This document shows positions 1 to 8,829 of a stretch of DNA of 64,000 nucleotides, in pieces. This stretch comes from an uncultured Actinomycetes bacterium (GTDB taxonomy: Bacteria > Actinomycetota > Actinomycetes > Streptosporangiales > Streptosporangiaceae). Numbering within the stretch: position 1 is the first letter of the stretch; each line of letters starts with the position of its first letter. The stretch covers positions 20,626 through 84,625 of the forward strand of contig CAWHMD010000013.1 of assembly GCA_963830385.1 (NCBI GenBank), read 5' to 3'. The notes beneath the pieces are model-generated. The model worked only from the letters and a program-made list of their open reading frames with translations. It was not told the DNA's origin and made no database searches. Position numbers and translations under genes: made by a program.

Positions 1-482
1 GCCAGCACGGCGTCGACCTGGCCGAACCGCATCTCGTCCTGCATCGGGAACAGGTAGGCGCCCGCGCAGAACAGCGCCGCGAACAGCACCGCCCGCCAGG
101 CGCCCGCCCGGCTCAGCAACGGCCGGAACGAGTACCAGATGATCACCGCGAACGGCCCGTAGACGAACACGACCCAGACCGCCTGCGCGGCCGGCCAGGA
201 CATCATGGCCAGCGGCGCGGCGAAGATCGCGGCCACCGGCGGGTAGGTGAACGGCAGGAGCTGCGGCGGCTGGGTGAGCACGCTGTACAGCGGCTGGCCC
301 TGCAGCACGGCCAGCCCGCCGGTCCGGTACACGTTCAGGTCGACCAGCCGCTGGTCGGGCGGGTTGGTCAGGTATCCGTGGATGATCGGGACGATCGCGG
401 CCAGCGCGGCCGCCCAGGCCAGCACCCCGAGCGTCACGCTCAGCCAGCGCGGCGGCTGGCGGACCCAGCCGGGCGGGGTCAT
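1..482 (-). CDS. GT87/DUF2029-type (PimE-like) membrane mannosyltransferase, 5' part only; gene continues beyond window start
   Basis: Absent from the ORF track because no stop lies in the window. Own reverse translation from ATG 482-480 gives MTPPGWVRQPPRWLSVTLGVLAWAAALAAIVPIIHGYLTNPPDQRLVDLNVYRTGGLAVLQGQPLYSVLTQPPQLLPFTYPPVAAIFAAPL... The DLNVYxxGG and PFTYPP motifs plus TM helices are typical of GT87. The ATG overlaps the upstream TGA (ATGA at 479-482). Confidence 0.6.
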   Translation of the reverse strand, partial: MTPPGWVRQPPRWLSVTLGVLAWAAALAAIVPIIHGYLTNPPDQRLVDLNVYRTGGLAVLQGQPLYSVLTQPPQLLPFTYPPVAAIFAAPLAMMSWPAAQAVWVVFVYGPFAVIIWYSFRPLLSRAGAWRAVLFAALFCAGAYLFPMQDEMRFGQVDAVL

Positions 483-2179
483 CGGCCTCGCCTCCCGTCT
501 GTGGCCGGTTCCGGCGTATCCCCGCCAGTCTCAGCCGTCCCGCGCAGCTCAGCAGTCCCGGAGGACCCAGCTGTCCCGTTCGCCTCAGCCGTCCCGGAAG
601 CCCTACGCCGCAGATCAACGATCAGCCACACCACCACGATGGCGAGGATGGCCGGGGTCACCCCGGTCCTGACCACCGACTGCAGCCAGCCCAGCCCGGG
701 CGGTATGACCACCCCGGCCGCCCGCGCGGGCAGGTACCCGATCCCCAGCGCCGCCGTCCGGGCCAGCAGCAGCCAGTCCAGGCTGGACGCGGCGATCAGC
801 GGCAGCAGCGCCCAGGCCAGCCCGTCGTACCACGGAAGCACGTACGGCCAGGCCAGCAGCCACGCCAGCGACAACGCGAGCGCTCCCCGGCCGGCCAGCC
901 GGGACCCGTCCGCGGCGTCGGCCGGGCCGGCTTCGCCGGAGGCGGGCAGTCCCCGCCACAGCAGGGCGGCCAGCACCACCGCCAGCACCACGGCGGCCGC
1001 CTTGACCACGTCGTCGGCGGCCGACTCGTGCATGGCCAGGTGCAGCAGCGTGCGGATGACCCGCCACGGCGACCCGATCGAGACCATGCTGCTGGCCTGG
1101 ACGGTCTGGTGGAAGCCGGCCCGCCCGCCGACGGCCAGCGCGGCCCCGGCCACCACCGCGAACCCGGCCACCAGGCCGCCCTCGATCGCCACCAGCCGGT
1201 GCCAACGGGACCATCGGGACTGCCGAGGCGCCTGGGGGTTCTGGGAGGGTGCCGGCCGCCCGGTCAGCGGCCAGCAGGAACGCAGCGCGGCGAGGGCGAG
1301 GCCGCCGCCCACCAGCGCCACCGTGATCTTGACCGCGAACCCCAGCCCGGCCAGCGCTCCGGCCGCCACCGCGAAACCGGCCGCCGATCGGGCCGGGCGG
1401 CCGGCCACCCCGCGCACGTATACCGCGACCGCGGCGACCCCGAAGAAGATGGCCTGGCTGTCGAGGTGCTGGCCGGCCACCAGGACCTGGAGCAGCAGCG
1501 GGTTGGCGGTCCACAGCAGCGCCGCGCGCGCCTGCCGGGCCCGGTCACCGCGCGCCAGCCGGTGCAGGATCAGCCCGGTGCCGGCGAAGGCGCCCAGGTT
1601 GAGCACCGACAGCACGAACACCGTGAGCCGGGCCGAGGTGCCGCCGATGAGCGAGGCCAGCGCCTGCCCGGCGGTGGCGACGGTGCCGTAGTCCGACGGG
1701 GTGGTCTTCCAGTCCTGCACGGCCCGGGCCACCGGGTCACCCAGCCGGGCCAGCACGTCCGGCGCCATGACGTACGGGTTGTGCCCGGTGACCAGGATCC
1801 GGCCGTAGGCGGCGTAGCTGAGCGGGTCGGAGGAACCGAACGGCGGCACCAGCGTCAGCGCGAGCGCGGCCAGCAGGCCGGCCAGCAACAGCGGCCGGAC
1901 CGGCAGTTGCCAGCCCCGCCGGGTCGCGAACAGCGCCAGCGCCAGTCCGGCCGTCCCGGCCAGCAGGCCCGCCGCGGTCAGCGCGATGGCCAGGTAGGGC
2001 GACAGGTGGGCGCCGAACGCCCACGGCGGCTGACCGGGGCGCCCCGGATAGGGCGGCTCCATGACCGAGGTCCCGGTCACCGCCACGGTGAACGTCGCCG
2101 CGACGCTCAGGCCGGTCAGCGCGAGACCGGCCCGCCCGGCGACCTCCGGCCGCGGGCCCGGGACCGGCCGCGAGCTCAT
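479..2179 (-). CDS. Polytopic GT-C type membrane glycosyltransferase (MptB/GT87-like)
   Basis: 566-aa ORF with many hydrophobic helices. It carries the loop motif SSDPLSYAAYGRILVTGHNPYVM. It is a paralogue of the 35771-37380 product (STDILDYAANGRMAATGHSPYVM). ATGA overlap with the GT2 gene at 2176-2179. Confidence 0.6.
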   Translation of the reverse strand: MSSRPVPGPRPEVAGRAGLALTGLSVAATFTVAVTGTSVMEPPYPGRPGQPPWAFGAHLSPYLAIALTAAGLLAGTAGLALALFATRRGWQLPVRPLLLAGLLAALALTLVPPFGSSDPLSYAAYGRILVTGHNPYVMAPDVLARLGDPVARAVQDWKTTPSDYGTVATAGQALASLIGGTSARLTVFVLSVLNLGAFAGTGLILHRLARGDRARQARAALLWTANPLLLQVLVAGQHLDSQAIFFGVAAVAVYVRGVAGRPARSAAGFAVAAGALAGLGFAVKITVALVGGGLALAALRSCWPLTGRPAPSQNPQAPRQSRWSRWHRLVAIEGGLVAGFAVVAGAALAVGGRAGFHQTVQASSMVSIGSPWRVIRTLLHLAMHESAADDVVKAAAVVLAVVLAALLWRGLPASGEAGPADAADGSRLAGRGALALSLAWLLAWPYVLPWYDGLAWALLPLIAASSLDWLLLARTAALGIGYLPARAAGVVIPPGLGWLQSVVRTGVTPAILAIVVVWLIVDLRRRASGTAEANGTAGSSGTAELRGTAETGGDTPEPATDGRRGR

Positions 2180-2874
2180 CGCCGGGTGGCCAGCGCCCTC
2201 GCGACGTCGGCCAGCTGCCGGGCCCGGTGCAGCTGGGAGCGCAGGTCGGTGCCGGTGGCCCGGTGGGCCAGCGGGACCTCGACCTCGGTGATCCGCATGC
2301 CCTGACGGGCCAGGTCGATGGTGAGCGCGGTCTCCACCCCGAACCCGGCCGCCAGCGGACGAGCGGCCTCGAACGCGGCCCGGGTCAGGCAGCGCTGCCC
2401 GTTCAGCGGCTGCGCCGGGGACCAGCCGATGGCCCGGCGGGTGCCGGAGCTGGACAGCCCGACCACGATGCCGTGACCGCCGAGCTTGACCGTGGACGAG
2501 AACGCGGCGATGGTCATGTCGGCCTGCCCGCTGAGCACGGGCTGGGCCAGCGGCGCCGCGAAGGCGGCCGAGTCGGCCAGGTCGGCGTCCAGGAACAGCA
2601 GGTGACGGGCGCTGGCCCGGTCGTCCTGCTGGTCGAGCACGCGCACCGCCTCCGCCCCGGTCTCCATGGCGGCGGCCTTGCCCCGGTTGCGATCGTGCCG
2701 GGTCACCACGGCGCCGGCGTCCCGGGCGATCGCCGCGGTGCCGTCCACCGAGCCGTCGTCGACCACCACGACCACGTCCACGCCGGGCAGCTCGGCGGCC
2801 GCGCGCACGGTGGCACGGATCCGCTGAGCTTCGTCTTTCGCGGGGATGACGACCGCTACATCGCCGTTCGGCAT
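2176..2874 (-). CDS. Family 2 glycosyltransferase (polyprenol-phosphate sugar synthase-like)
   Basis: N-terminus VAVVIPAKDEAQRI...VVVVDDGSVDGTAAIA...RNRGKAAAMETG is the classic GT2 Rossmann / DxD region. First gene of a coupled three-gene GT operon. Confidence 0.8.
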   Translation of the reverse strand: MPNGDVAVVIPAKDEAQRIRATVRAAAELPGVDVVVVVDDGSVDGTAAIARDAGAVVTRHDRNRGKAAAMETGAEAVRVLDQQDDRASARHLLFLDADLADSAAFAAPLAQPVLSGQADMTIAAFSSTVKLGGHGIVVGLSSSGTRRAIGWSPAQPLNGQRCLTRAAFEAARPLAAGFGVETALTIDLARQGMRITEVEVPLAHRATGTDLRSQLHRARQLADVARALATRR

Positions 2875-2940
2875 GGGCCCGATCCTAGGGCATCGAACCG
2901 CCTGGACCGGGGCTTACCGGCGGACCGCCTGCTGGATGGG

Positions 2941-3279
2941 CTACTGGCCGGAGGCGACCACGGACTCGTCGAGGACGGTGAACACCGAGTCGAGCCCGGT
3001 GACCTGAAGGATCTTGCGCACGGCCGGCCGGGGGGCGGCGAGCTCGAGCTGGCCGCCACGCTCCTTGGCCCGGCGCAGCGAGGAGAGCAGCACGTTCATG
3101 CCGGTGGAATCGCAGAACACGACGCCGGACATGTCGACGATCACGCGCGCGGGCCGGTCGTCGGCCAGCACGTCCACCAGCTCGCGGTGCAGCCGCGGCG
3201 CGGTGTACAGGTCAATTTCACCCGCCGCGATCACAACGGTGTGATCATCCTGAGACCGACTCGATACATTGAGTTCCAC
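2941..3279 (-). CDS. STAS-domain anti-sigma-factor antagonist (SpoIIAA/RsbV-like)
   Basis: 112 aa with GEIDLYTAPRLHREL...VIVDMSGVVFCDSTGMNVLL...LELAAPRPAVRKILQVTGLD, the typical STAS pattern including the phosphorylatable DSTG. Confidence 0.85.
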   Translation of the reverse strand: MELNVSSRSQDDHTVVIAAGEIDLYTAPRLHRELVDVLADDRPARVIVDMSGVVFCDSTGMNVLLSSLRRAKERGGQLELAAPRPAVRKILQVTGLDSVFTVLDESVVASGQ

Positions 3280-3311
3280 GAGCGAACCATATCGTCATCC
3301 GCGATCCCCTG

Positions 3312-4598
3312 CTATACGCCTGCTCCGATCGGGATGCCAGGGTCAGAGGTCCCGACCGGCTCCCGGCTCACCGGGCAGGTCAGGCCGCGCGGGCCGCCGC
3401 GCCCGCTGCCCAGCTCGCTGCCGGGCACCCGGGTGACCTCCAGGCCGGCCGCCTCCAGCCGGACGCTGGTCGCGGCGTGCCGCTCGAACAGGACCGCCCG
3501 CCCCGGCCCGGTGACCAGGGTGTTGCCGGCGTCGTCCCACGGCCCGGCGGCCGCCGCCGGCGGGGTGAGCCCGGTGTCGATGACCCGCAGCCGGCCGGCG
3601 CCCATGGCCAGCGCCGCGGCCTCCAGAAAGGGCCGGGGATGGGACACCCGCAGCTCGTCTGGTTCGTCGCCACGCCAGGCCGGGCGCCGGGCGGTGATGG
3701 TGCGGGCCGTCAGCGAGTAGGCCACGGCCGGGTGCATGACCACGCTGGCGGCGCCCACCATCGTGCAGGTCGTGTCCAGGTGGCCGGCCCCGCCATCGGC
3801 CGGGCCCGCCCGATGGCCGATCGGCACGGCCAGCACGGTGTGCGCGAAACCGGCCGCGAACGCACTGCGGGCCAGCCGCTCCACCGCGGCGGCACCGGTC
3901 TGGCCGCCGGTCCCGATCGCGATCACGCCCGCGGCCAGCAACAGCACGTCGCCGCCGTCGAGGGCTTCCGGGCCGGGCCGGTACAGCACCTTGCTGCCGC
4001 TGAACATCGGGTGATGGTCGTACACCGCCTGCACCAGGCTGGGCTCGCGGCGACGGCGCGGGCAGGGCGGGCTGGTCACCACCACCCGGTCACCGACCCA
4101 CACGCTGGCGTCGCGGGTGAACATCAGGCCGGGCAACGGCTCGATCAGGTAATCGTGCGGGGCCAGCAGCTGGTGCACGGCCCCCCGCCCGTTCCGGAAC
4201 TCGTCCCGGTCCAGACCGGTGATCAGCACCCGCGACAGCGTCTCCGGGTCCAGGCCGGCCAGCTCCGCCCGGAGCTGGCCGGCCAGGTCCTCACCCAGCC
4301 GGCCCTGGCCGCCCCGGTCCTCGTCCAGCGCCGCCGCGATCACCTGGTCGCGGGCGGCCGGGTACTCCAGCACGTCCTGCAGCAACTCGGTCAGGTACAG
4401 CACGTCCACACCCTGATCACGCAGGGCGCCGGTAAAGACGTCGTGCTCCTGCTGGGCCCGCCCCAGCCACGGCACCCGGCCGAACGGGAACGCGGCCGCG
4501 GTCCCGGGGGTGATCCGGGTGAGCTCGGCTCCGGGCCGATGGACGAGGACCGTGCGCAGCCGGCCGACCTCGGTGTCTGCCCCGTGCCCACCGTGCAT
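3312..4598 (-). CDS. arcA: Arginine deiminase
   Basis: 428 aa. N-terminal EVGRLRTVLVHRPGAELTRITP and C-terminal GGPRGLTCPVSR (catalytic Cys region) match the ADI family layout. Confidence 0.75.
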   Translation of the reverse strand: MHGGHGADTEVGRLRTVLVHRPGAELTRITPGTAAAFPFGRVPWLGRAQQEHDVFTGALRDQGVDVLYLTELLQDVLEYPAARDQVIAAALDEDRGGQGRLGEDLAGQLRAELAGLDPETLSRVLITGLDRDEFRNGRGAVHQLLAPHDYLIEPLPGLMFTRDASVWVGDRVVVTSPPCPRRRREPSLVQAVYDHHPMFSGSKVLYRPGPEALDGGDVLLLAAGVIAIGTGGQTGAAAVERLARSAFAAGFAHTVLAVPIGHRAGPADGGAGHLDTTCTMVGAASVVMHPAVAYSLTARTITARRPAWRGDEPDELRVSHPRPFLEAAALAMGAGRLRVIDTGLTPPAAAAGPWDDAGNTLVTGPGRAVLFERHAATSVRLEAAGLEVTRVPGSELGSGRGGPRGLTCPVSREPVGTSDPGIPIGAGV

Positions 4599-4668
4599 GG
4601 CTCCCCCAGCGGTGCCCGCCGCCGGGCATCTGAACCCGCGCGCACTCGGGAACAGTTATCACCGCTTT

Positions 4669-4699
4669 AACTCTAAGTTACTCCTCATAACTCAGAGTT
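4669..4699. promoter_or_regulatory. AT-rich 12-bp inverted repeat (AACTCTAAGTTA-N7-TAACTCAGAGTT) between arcA start and the RsbW-like gene stop
   Basis: Read directly. The arms are complementary except for one position. It sits in the arcA upstream region and overlaps the TAA (4698-4700) of the upstream minus-strand gene. No U-tract follows, so an operator is as likely as a terminator. Confidence 0.4.
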
Positions 4700-5171
4700 A
4701 TTCCACCACGACCGGGTGCTCGGCGGCCGGGCGCGTCACCGGCTCACCGACGGGCGGCGGGGTGGCGCTGCCCGGCGGGGGCGCAGCCGGGAGCTGGGCC
4801 CACACCGTGGTCTCGCCGTCCTCGCGCAGCACGCCCCAGCGGTCCGACAGGCTCTCCACGATGCCCAGGCCGCGACCGCCCGGCGCGCCCGGCGAGGGCT
4901 CGGCCACCTGCGGTAGCGGGCCGTCACCGGCGTCACTGACCCCGATCCGCAACTCATCGTGATCAATCGTCCAGGTCACCCGGAGCTGCGCGCCCGGCAG
5001 CGGGGCCGCGTGCCGGATCGCGTTGCTCAGCAGCTCACTGACCACGAGGGCGGCGTCACACACCGTCGTCTCGTAGACCCCGGCCGCGGCCAGCTCAGAA
5101 GTGAGGCGGCGCCGGGCCACCGCGACGCTGGACGGGGTGTACGGAAGCAGCACAATGGCCGATGGACTCAC
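4698..5171 (-). CDS. Anti-sigma regulatory factor, HATPase_c serine kinase (RsbW/SpoIIAB-like)
   Basis: Contains AALVVSELLSNAIRHA (N-box) and GGRGLGIVESLSDRWGV (G-box). The track ORF extends to 5471. I prefer the GTG at 5171 just after AAGGAGG, but the spacing is poor, so the start is uncertain. Confidence 0.7.
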   Translation of the reverse strand: MSPSAIVLLPYTPSSVAVARRRLTSELAAAGVYETTVCDAALVVSELLSNAIRHAAPLPGAQLRVTWTIDHDELRIGVSDAGDGPLPQVAEPSPGAPGGRGLGIVESLSDRWGVLREDGETTVWAQLPAAPPPGSATPPPVGEPVTRPAAEHPVVVE

Positions 5172-5433
5172 CTCCTTACCGCCGTTCCGTCCACGCGATC
5201 GAACGAACCCGGTACGTGCGGAAAAATGCCCCGCGGGAGACTCCCGGAAACCGGGACGGTCACATTTTGTCAGCCGGCCTGGGGAAAGAACGGCGGCCCG
5301 CCGGGCACTTCGGTGAAAATGGGCCACATAACGTGACAGCTCGCATTCACACTGACGGGCTCCGCAATGACACCTCCGGGCCGTCAACGCCGTAGGCTGG
5401 CGGTACTCCGAGACGCGAAAGCGAGGTAGGGCC

Positions 5434-6210
5434 GTGGCTGAGCCGATGGTCGTCGTCGACGACCTGCACATCGTTTATCGCGTCTACGGCGCCGGCGGAA
5501 GCAAGGGCACCGCGGCGACGGCGCTGATGCGGGTGATGCGACGCCAGAACCGCCCCGGGCTGCGCGAGGTCCACGCCATCCGCGGCATCTCGTTCGTGGC
5601 CAATCGCGGCGACGCGGTCGGGATCATCGGGCGCAACGGCTCCGGGAAGTCGACGCTGCTGCGCGCGATCGCCGGCCTGCTGCCGCCCGAACGGGGGGCC
5701 GTCTACACCACCGGCGAGGCCTCGCTGCTGGGCGTCAACGCCGCCCTGCTGGACGACCTCACCGGTGAGCGCAACGTGGTGCTGGGCTGCCTGGCCATGG
5801 GCATGACCCCGCAGGAGGTCAAGACCCGCTACCGCGACATCGTGGAGTTCTCCGGCGTCGGCGACTTCATCGACCTGCCCATGCGCACCTATTCGAGCGG
5901 CATGGGCTCCCGGCTGCGGTTCGCGATCGCGTCCGCCAAGAGCCACGACGTGCTGCTCATCGACGAGGCCCTGGCCACCGGTGACGCTCCGTTCCGGGCC
6001 AAGAGCCACAAGCGCATCGAGGAGCTGCGCCAGGAGTCCGGCGCCGTGTTCCTGGTCGCCCACAACCTGGCCGAGGTCGAGGAGACCTGCAACCGCGTCA
6101 TCTGGCTCGAGCGCGGCGAGATCATCATGGACGGCGAGGACGTGGCCGGCATCATCGACGCCTACCTCGAAGCCTCCGGCGGCGACCGTCGCACCCGCCA
6201 GCCCGCCTAG
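5434..6210 (+). CDS. ABC transporter ATP-binding protein, TagH/Wzt (polysaccharide / teichoic-acid export) type
   Basis: Walker A GRNGSGKSTLL, signature YSSGMGSRLRFA, Walker B VLLIDEALATGD. The N-terminal VVVDDLHIVYRVY pattern is typical of ABC-2 exporter ATPases. No permease gene is adjacent. Confidence 0.85.
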   Translation: MAEPMVVVDDLHIVYRVYGAGGSKGTAATALMRVMRRQNRPGLREVHAIRGISFVANRGDAVGIIGRNGSGKSTLLRAIAGLLPPERGAVYTTGEASLLGVNAALLDDLTGERNVVLGCLAMGMTPQEVKTRYRDIVEFSGVGDFIDLPMRTYSSGMGSRLRFAIASAKSHDVLLIDEALATGDAPFRAKSHKRIEELRQESGAVFLVAHNLAEVEETCNRVIWLERGEIIMDGEDVAGIIDAYLEASGGDRRTRQPA

Positions 6211-6233
6211 CCTGCCCTTGCCCGCCTGGGAGG

Positions 6234-7508
6234 ATGGCTCGGAAAAGGGGGTTGGTGGTGGATCGGCAGACCCGGCGCCTGGCCTGGCTCGGTGGCGCAT
6301 GCGTGACCGTGGTAGCGGTGACCGCGATCTTCGCGGTGCTCTTCCGGCCGGCCTCAGATAGCCGCCATTCCGCGTCGGCCCGGCCGTCCCACCGGATCAA
6401 AGCGCAGGCCTCAGTCGCCGGCCCGGCATCACATCCGCCCGCCACGTGGCAGGTCGCGGGCCCGATTGCCGACCTGTCGATGCCGCTGGCGGGGATGCCT
6501 CCGGTGGCTGACCCAGCCAACATCTATGCCGACGCAGGGGCGAACATGCTCAGCCCGGCGGTGCGCGGAGCGCCCTACCGGATCTACGTGCCGAACAGCG
6601 GTGGGTCCACCGTCACCGTCATCGACCCTGCCACCCGCCGGGTGATCGCGACCTACCCGAGCGGGCGCAACCCGCAGCACGTTGTGCCCGGCTACGACAT
6701 GCGCACGCTCTACGTGACGAATGACCTGGCTAACAGCCTCACTCCGATCAATCCCGACACCGGCCAGCCAGCCGGCCCGAATATCGGCGTGGACGACCCG
6801 TACAACATGTACTTCACCCCCGACGGGCGCTACGCCATCGTGGTGGCTGAATCCCGGCAGAACCTGGACTTCCGCGACCCGCACACCTTCGCCCTCAGGC
6901 ACCGAATCCATGTGAATTGCGCGGGCGTGGACCACATCGACTTTGCGGCCAACGGCGCCTACCTGATCGCCACGTGCGAGTTCGTCGGCCGCCTGGTCCG
7001 CATCGACCTGCACAACCTGACCGTGGCCGGGTACCTGAACGTGCCAGGCTCCGCACCGCAGGACATCAAACTAGACCCGGCCGGGCGTATCTTCTACGTC
7101 GCCGACAAGAATCACGCCGGCGTGTGGCTGATCGATGCGGCGACCTTCAAGGTCACCGGATTCATCCCCACCGGCCCGGACGCGCATGGCCTGTACCCGA
7201 GTCGCGACGCCCGCTACCTGTACGTCACGAACCGCGGCAACGGCACGATCACCCTGATCAATTTCGCGACCAGAAAGGTCGCCACTACCTGGCGGATCCC
7301 TGGCGGAGGCAGCCCGGACATGGGCAACCTTTCCCCCGACGGGAAGGTGTTCTGGGTGTCCGGGCGCTATGACAACGTGGTGTACGAAATCTCCACCGCC
7401 GATGGCCGCCTGCTGGCCAAGATCCCAGTGGGGTCGCAGCCGCATGGGCTGTGCGTATGGCCGCAGCCGGGCCGTTACTCCCTCGGCCACACGGGGATCA
7501 CCCGGTGA
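6234..7508 (+). CDS. Membrane-anchored YVTN-repeat beta-propeller protein
   Basis: N-terminal TM helix (LAWLGGACVTVVAVTAIFAVL). Repeated motifs LYVTNDLANSL, FYVADKNHAGV, LYVTNRGNGTI, FWVSGRYDNVV, with PHG at blade ends. Confidence 0.7.
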   Translation: MARKRGLVVDRQTRRLAWLGGACVTVVAVTAIFAVLFRPASDSRHSASARPSHRIKAQASVAGPASHPPATWQVAGPIADLSMPLAGMPPVADPANIYADAGANMLSPAVRGAPYRIYVPNSGGSTVTVIDPATRRVIATYPSGRNPQHVVPGYDMRTLYVTNDLANSLTPINPDTGQPAGPNIGVDDPYNMYFTPDGRYAIVVAESRQNLDFRDPHTFALRHRIHVNCAGVDHIDFAANGAYLIATCEFVGRLVRIDLHNLTVAGYLNVPGSAPQDIKLDPAGRIFYVADKNHAGVWLIDAATFKVTGFIPTGPDAHGLYPSRDARYLYVTNRGNGTITLINFATRKVATTWRIPGGGSPDMGNLSPDGKVFWVSGRYDNVVYEISTADGRLLAKIPVGSQPHGLCVWPQPGRYSLGHTGITR

Positions 7509-8047
7509 ACGCACTGCGGCTCGGCTACCCTGGCCGCGCCGCCCGCCGGGCCGGGCTGATGCTGGCCGGCCTGCTCCTGGTGCTGGCCGGACTGGCCGGC
7601 GCAGCCCCCGCTCACGGGGCCGGTGACGTCATCGCCCGACTGGGTCCACTGAGGGTCAGCGCTACCGTGCTGCGTCCCGGACCCGCGGGCACGCTGACCA
7701 CGTACCTGCAGGTCAGCACCAGCGGGCAAGCTTCTGATCAGCTGGACGCCGCGATCGCTGCGGGCGGCGGAGCGGTGGCGGTCCACCACCAGCAGGTCAG
7801 CGTCGGGGAGATCTCGGACCTCACCGGCTGCGGCACCGAACCTCCGCCGCCGGGGGTCGTGAGTTACTGGCTTCACTACGGCCCGCTGCTGGTCCCCGGA
7901 CGTTCCGGCGGCCCGGCGCCGCCTGCGGACGCGACCCTGACCGTGCTGCCGGACGCCTCCTGGCCGGGCCGCGCGACCGTAGCCATCACCTTGTACTTCG
8001 CGCACGCCGGCTCGGTGATTCTGCGCCTGCCCGTCAGCCCCGCCTAA
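7505..8047 (+). CDS. Secreted protein, weakly PCu(A)C-like
   Basis: GTG 7505 overlaps the TGA of the upstream gene (GTGA). Signal peptide LMLAGLLLVLAGLAGAAPAHG. Beta-rich body with HH. The neighbouring Sco1 gene suggests a copper chaperone, but the canonical Met/His motif is not evident. Confidence 0.45.
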   Translation: MNALRLGYPGRAARRAGLMLAGLLLVLAGLAGAAPAHGAGDVIARLGPLRVSATVLRPGPAGTLTTYLQVSTSGQASDQLDAAIAAGGGAVAVHHQQVSVGEISDLTGCGTEPPPPGVVSYWLHYGPLLVPGRSGGPAPPADATLTVLPDASWPGRATVAITLYFAHAGSVILRLPVSPA

Positions 8048-8829
8048 CCAGCCGGCGGCCGGATTGCCTTCCCGGTCAGCCAGGCGATGGGAGTGATCGC
8101 CTGAGCCGCCGTCCAGGTGCTTGCGTCCGGATGGCTGAGGTCGGCGTGGCCCTGCGGGCTCAGGAAGCGGCGCAGGGCCGGCGTGATGGGCGCCCCCCGG
8201 GCGTTGGGATTGCCCCGCACGGCAAATCGTTCCCGTCCCCGCGCATCGAGGTAGATCAGTGCGTCTTCATGATCGACGTCGTAGGTCAGCATCTTGCCGG
8301 TCAGCCAGTCGGTTCCGGGCGGGCTGTCCTCGGCGACCCGCTGGTAGTGCACCCGGAAGTACCGCCAGATTTGCCCTATGACCGCCGGGCTGGCGGTGAG
8401 CAGCGACCAGTTCGCCGGGGCCCCGGTCAGCTTCCGGTAGGCGCGCAGCCGGAGCGGCGTGTCCCGGCCCGGGTCCACCGTGAGCTCAACGAACCGTACC
8501 CGGGAGCCCAGCCCGGCCGCCGTGACCGCGCGGTCCATCATCAGCAGGTTGCCGGTCGTCAGCGGGCAGGTCTCCTGGCACAGGGTGAGGAGGTCGGTAA
8601 GCACCACAACCTGGCCGTGCCAGGCGGCCAGGCTGGTCGTCTGGCCCGTGTCCGTGGTCAGCGGCAGATCCGCCACCGCGGCCGGCACCGGTGTGTCCAC
8701 CACCGTACCGAGATAGGCCGACGGCGGACCCGGGACGCCTGGCCCCCTGCCGCACGCGGTGACGGCCAAGACGGACGCGGCCAGCATCCCCGCAAGCAGG
8801 ATTGGCCAGCCTCGCACCGTCGCCCTCAC
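8044..8829 (-). CDS. SCO1/SenC family thioredoxin-fold copper chaperone lipoprotein
   Basis: CxxxC motif in LTLCQETCPLTTGNL and lipobox LAVTAC. GTG 8829 overlaps the TGA of the deacetylase gene (GTGA). The longer track ORF (to 9153) overlaps that gene and is rejected. Confidence 0.75.
   Translation of the reverse strand: MRATVRGWPILLAGMLAASVLAVTACGRGPGVPGPPSAYLGTVVDTPVPAAVADLPLTTDTGQTTSLAAWHGQVVVLTDLLTLCQETCPLTTGNLLMMDRAVTAAGLGSRVRFVELTVDPGRDTPLRLRAYRKLTGAPANWSLLTASPAVIGQIWRYFRVHYQRVAEDSPPGTDWLTGKMLTYDVDHEDALIYLDARGRERFAVRGNPNARGAPITPALRRFLSPQGHADLSHPDASTWTAAQAITPIAWLTGKAIRPPAG

Noticed and set aside
4669-4699. ArgR ARG-box upstream of arcA
   Set aside because: The palindrome AACTCTAAGTTA / TAACTCAGAGTT does not match the TNTGAATWWWWATTCANW consensus. 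It is kept only as a generic inverted repeat.
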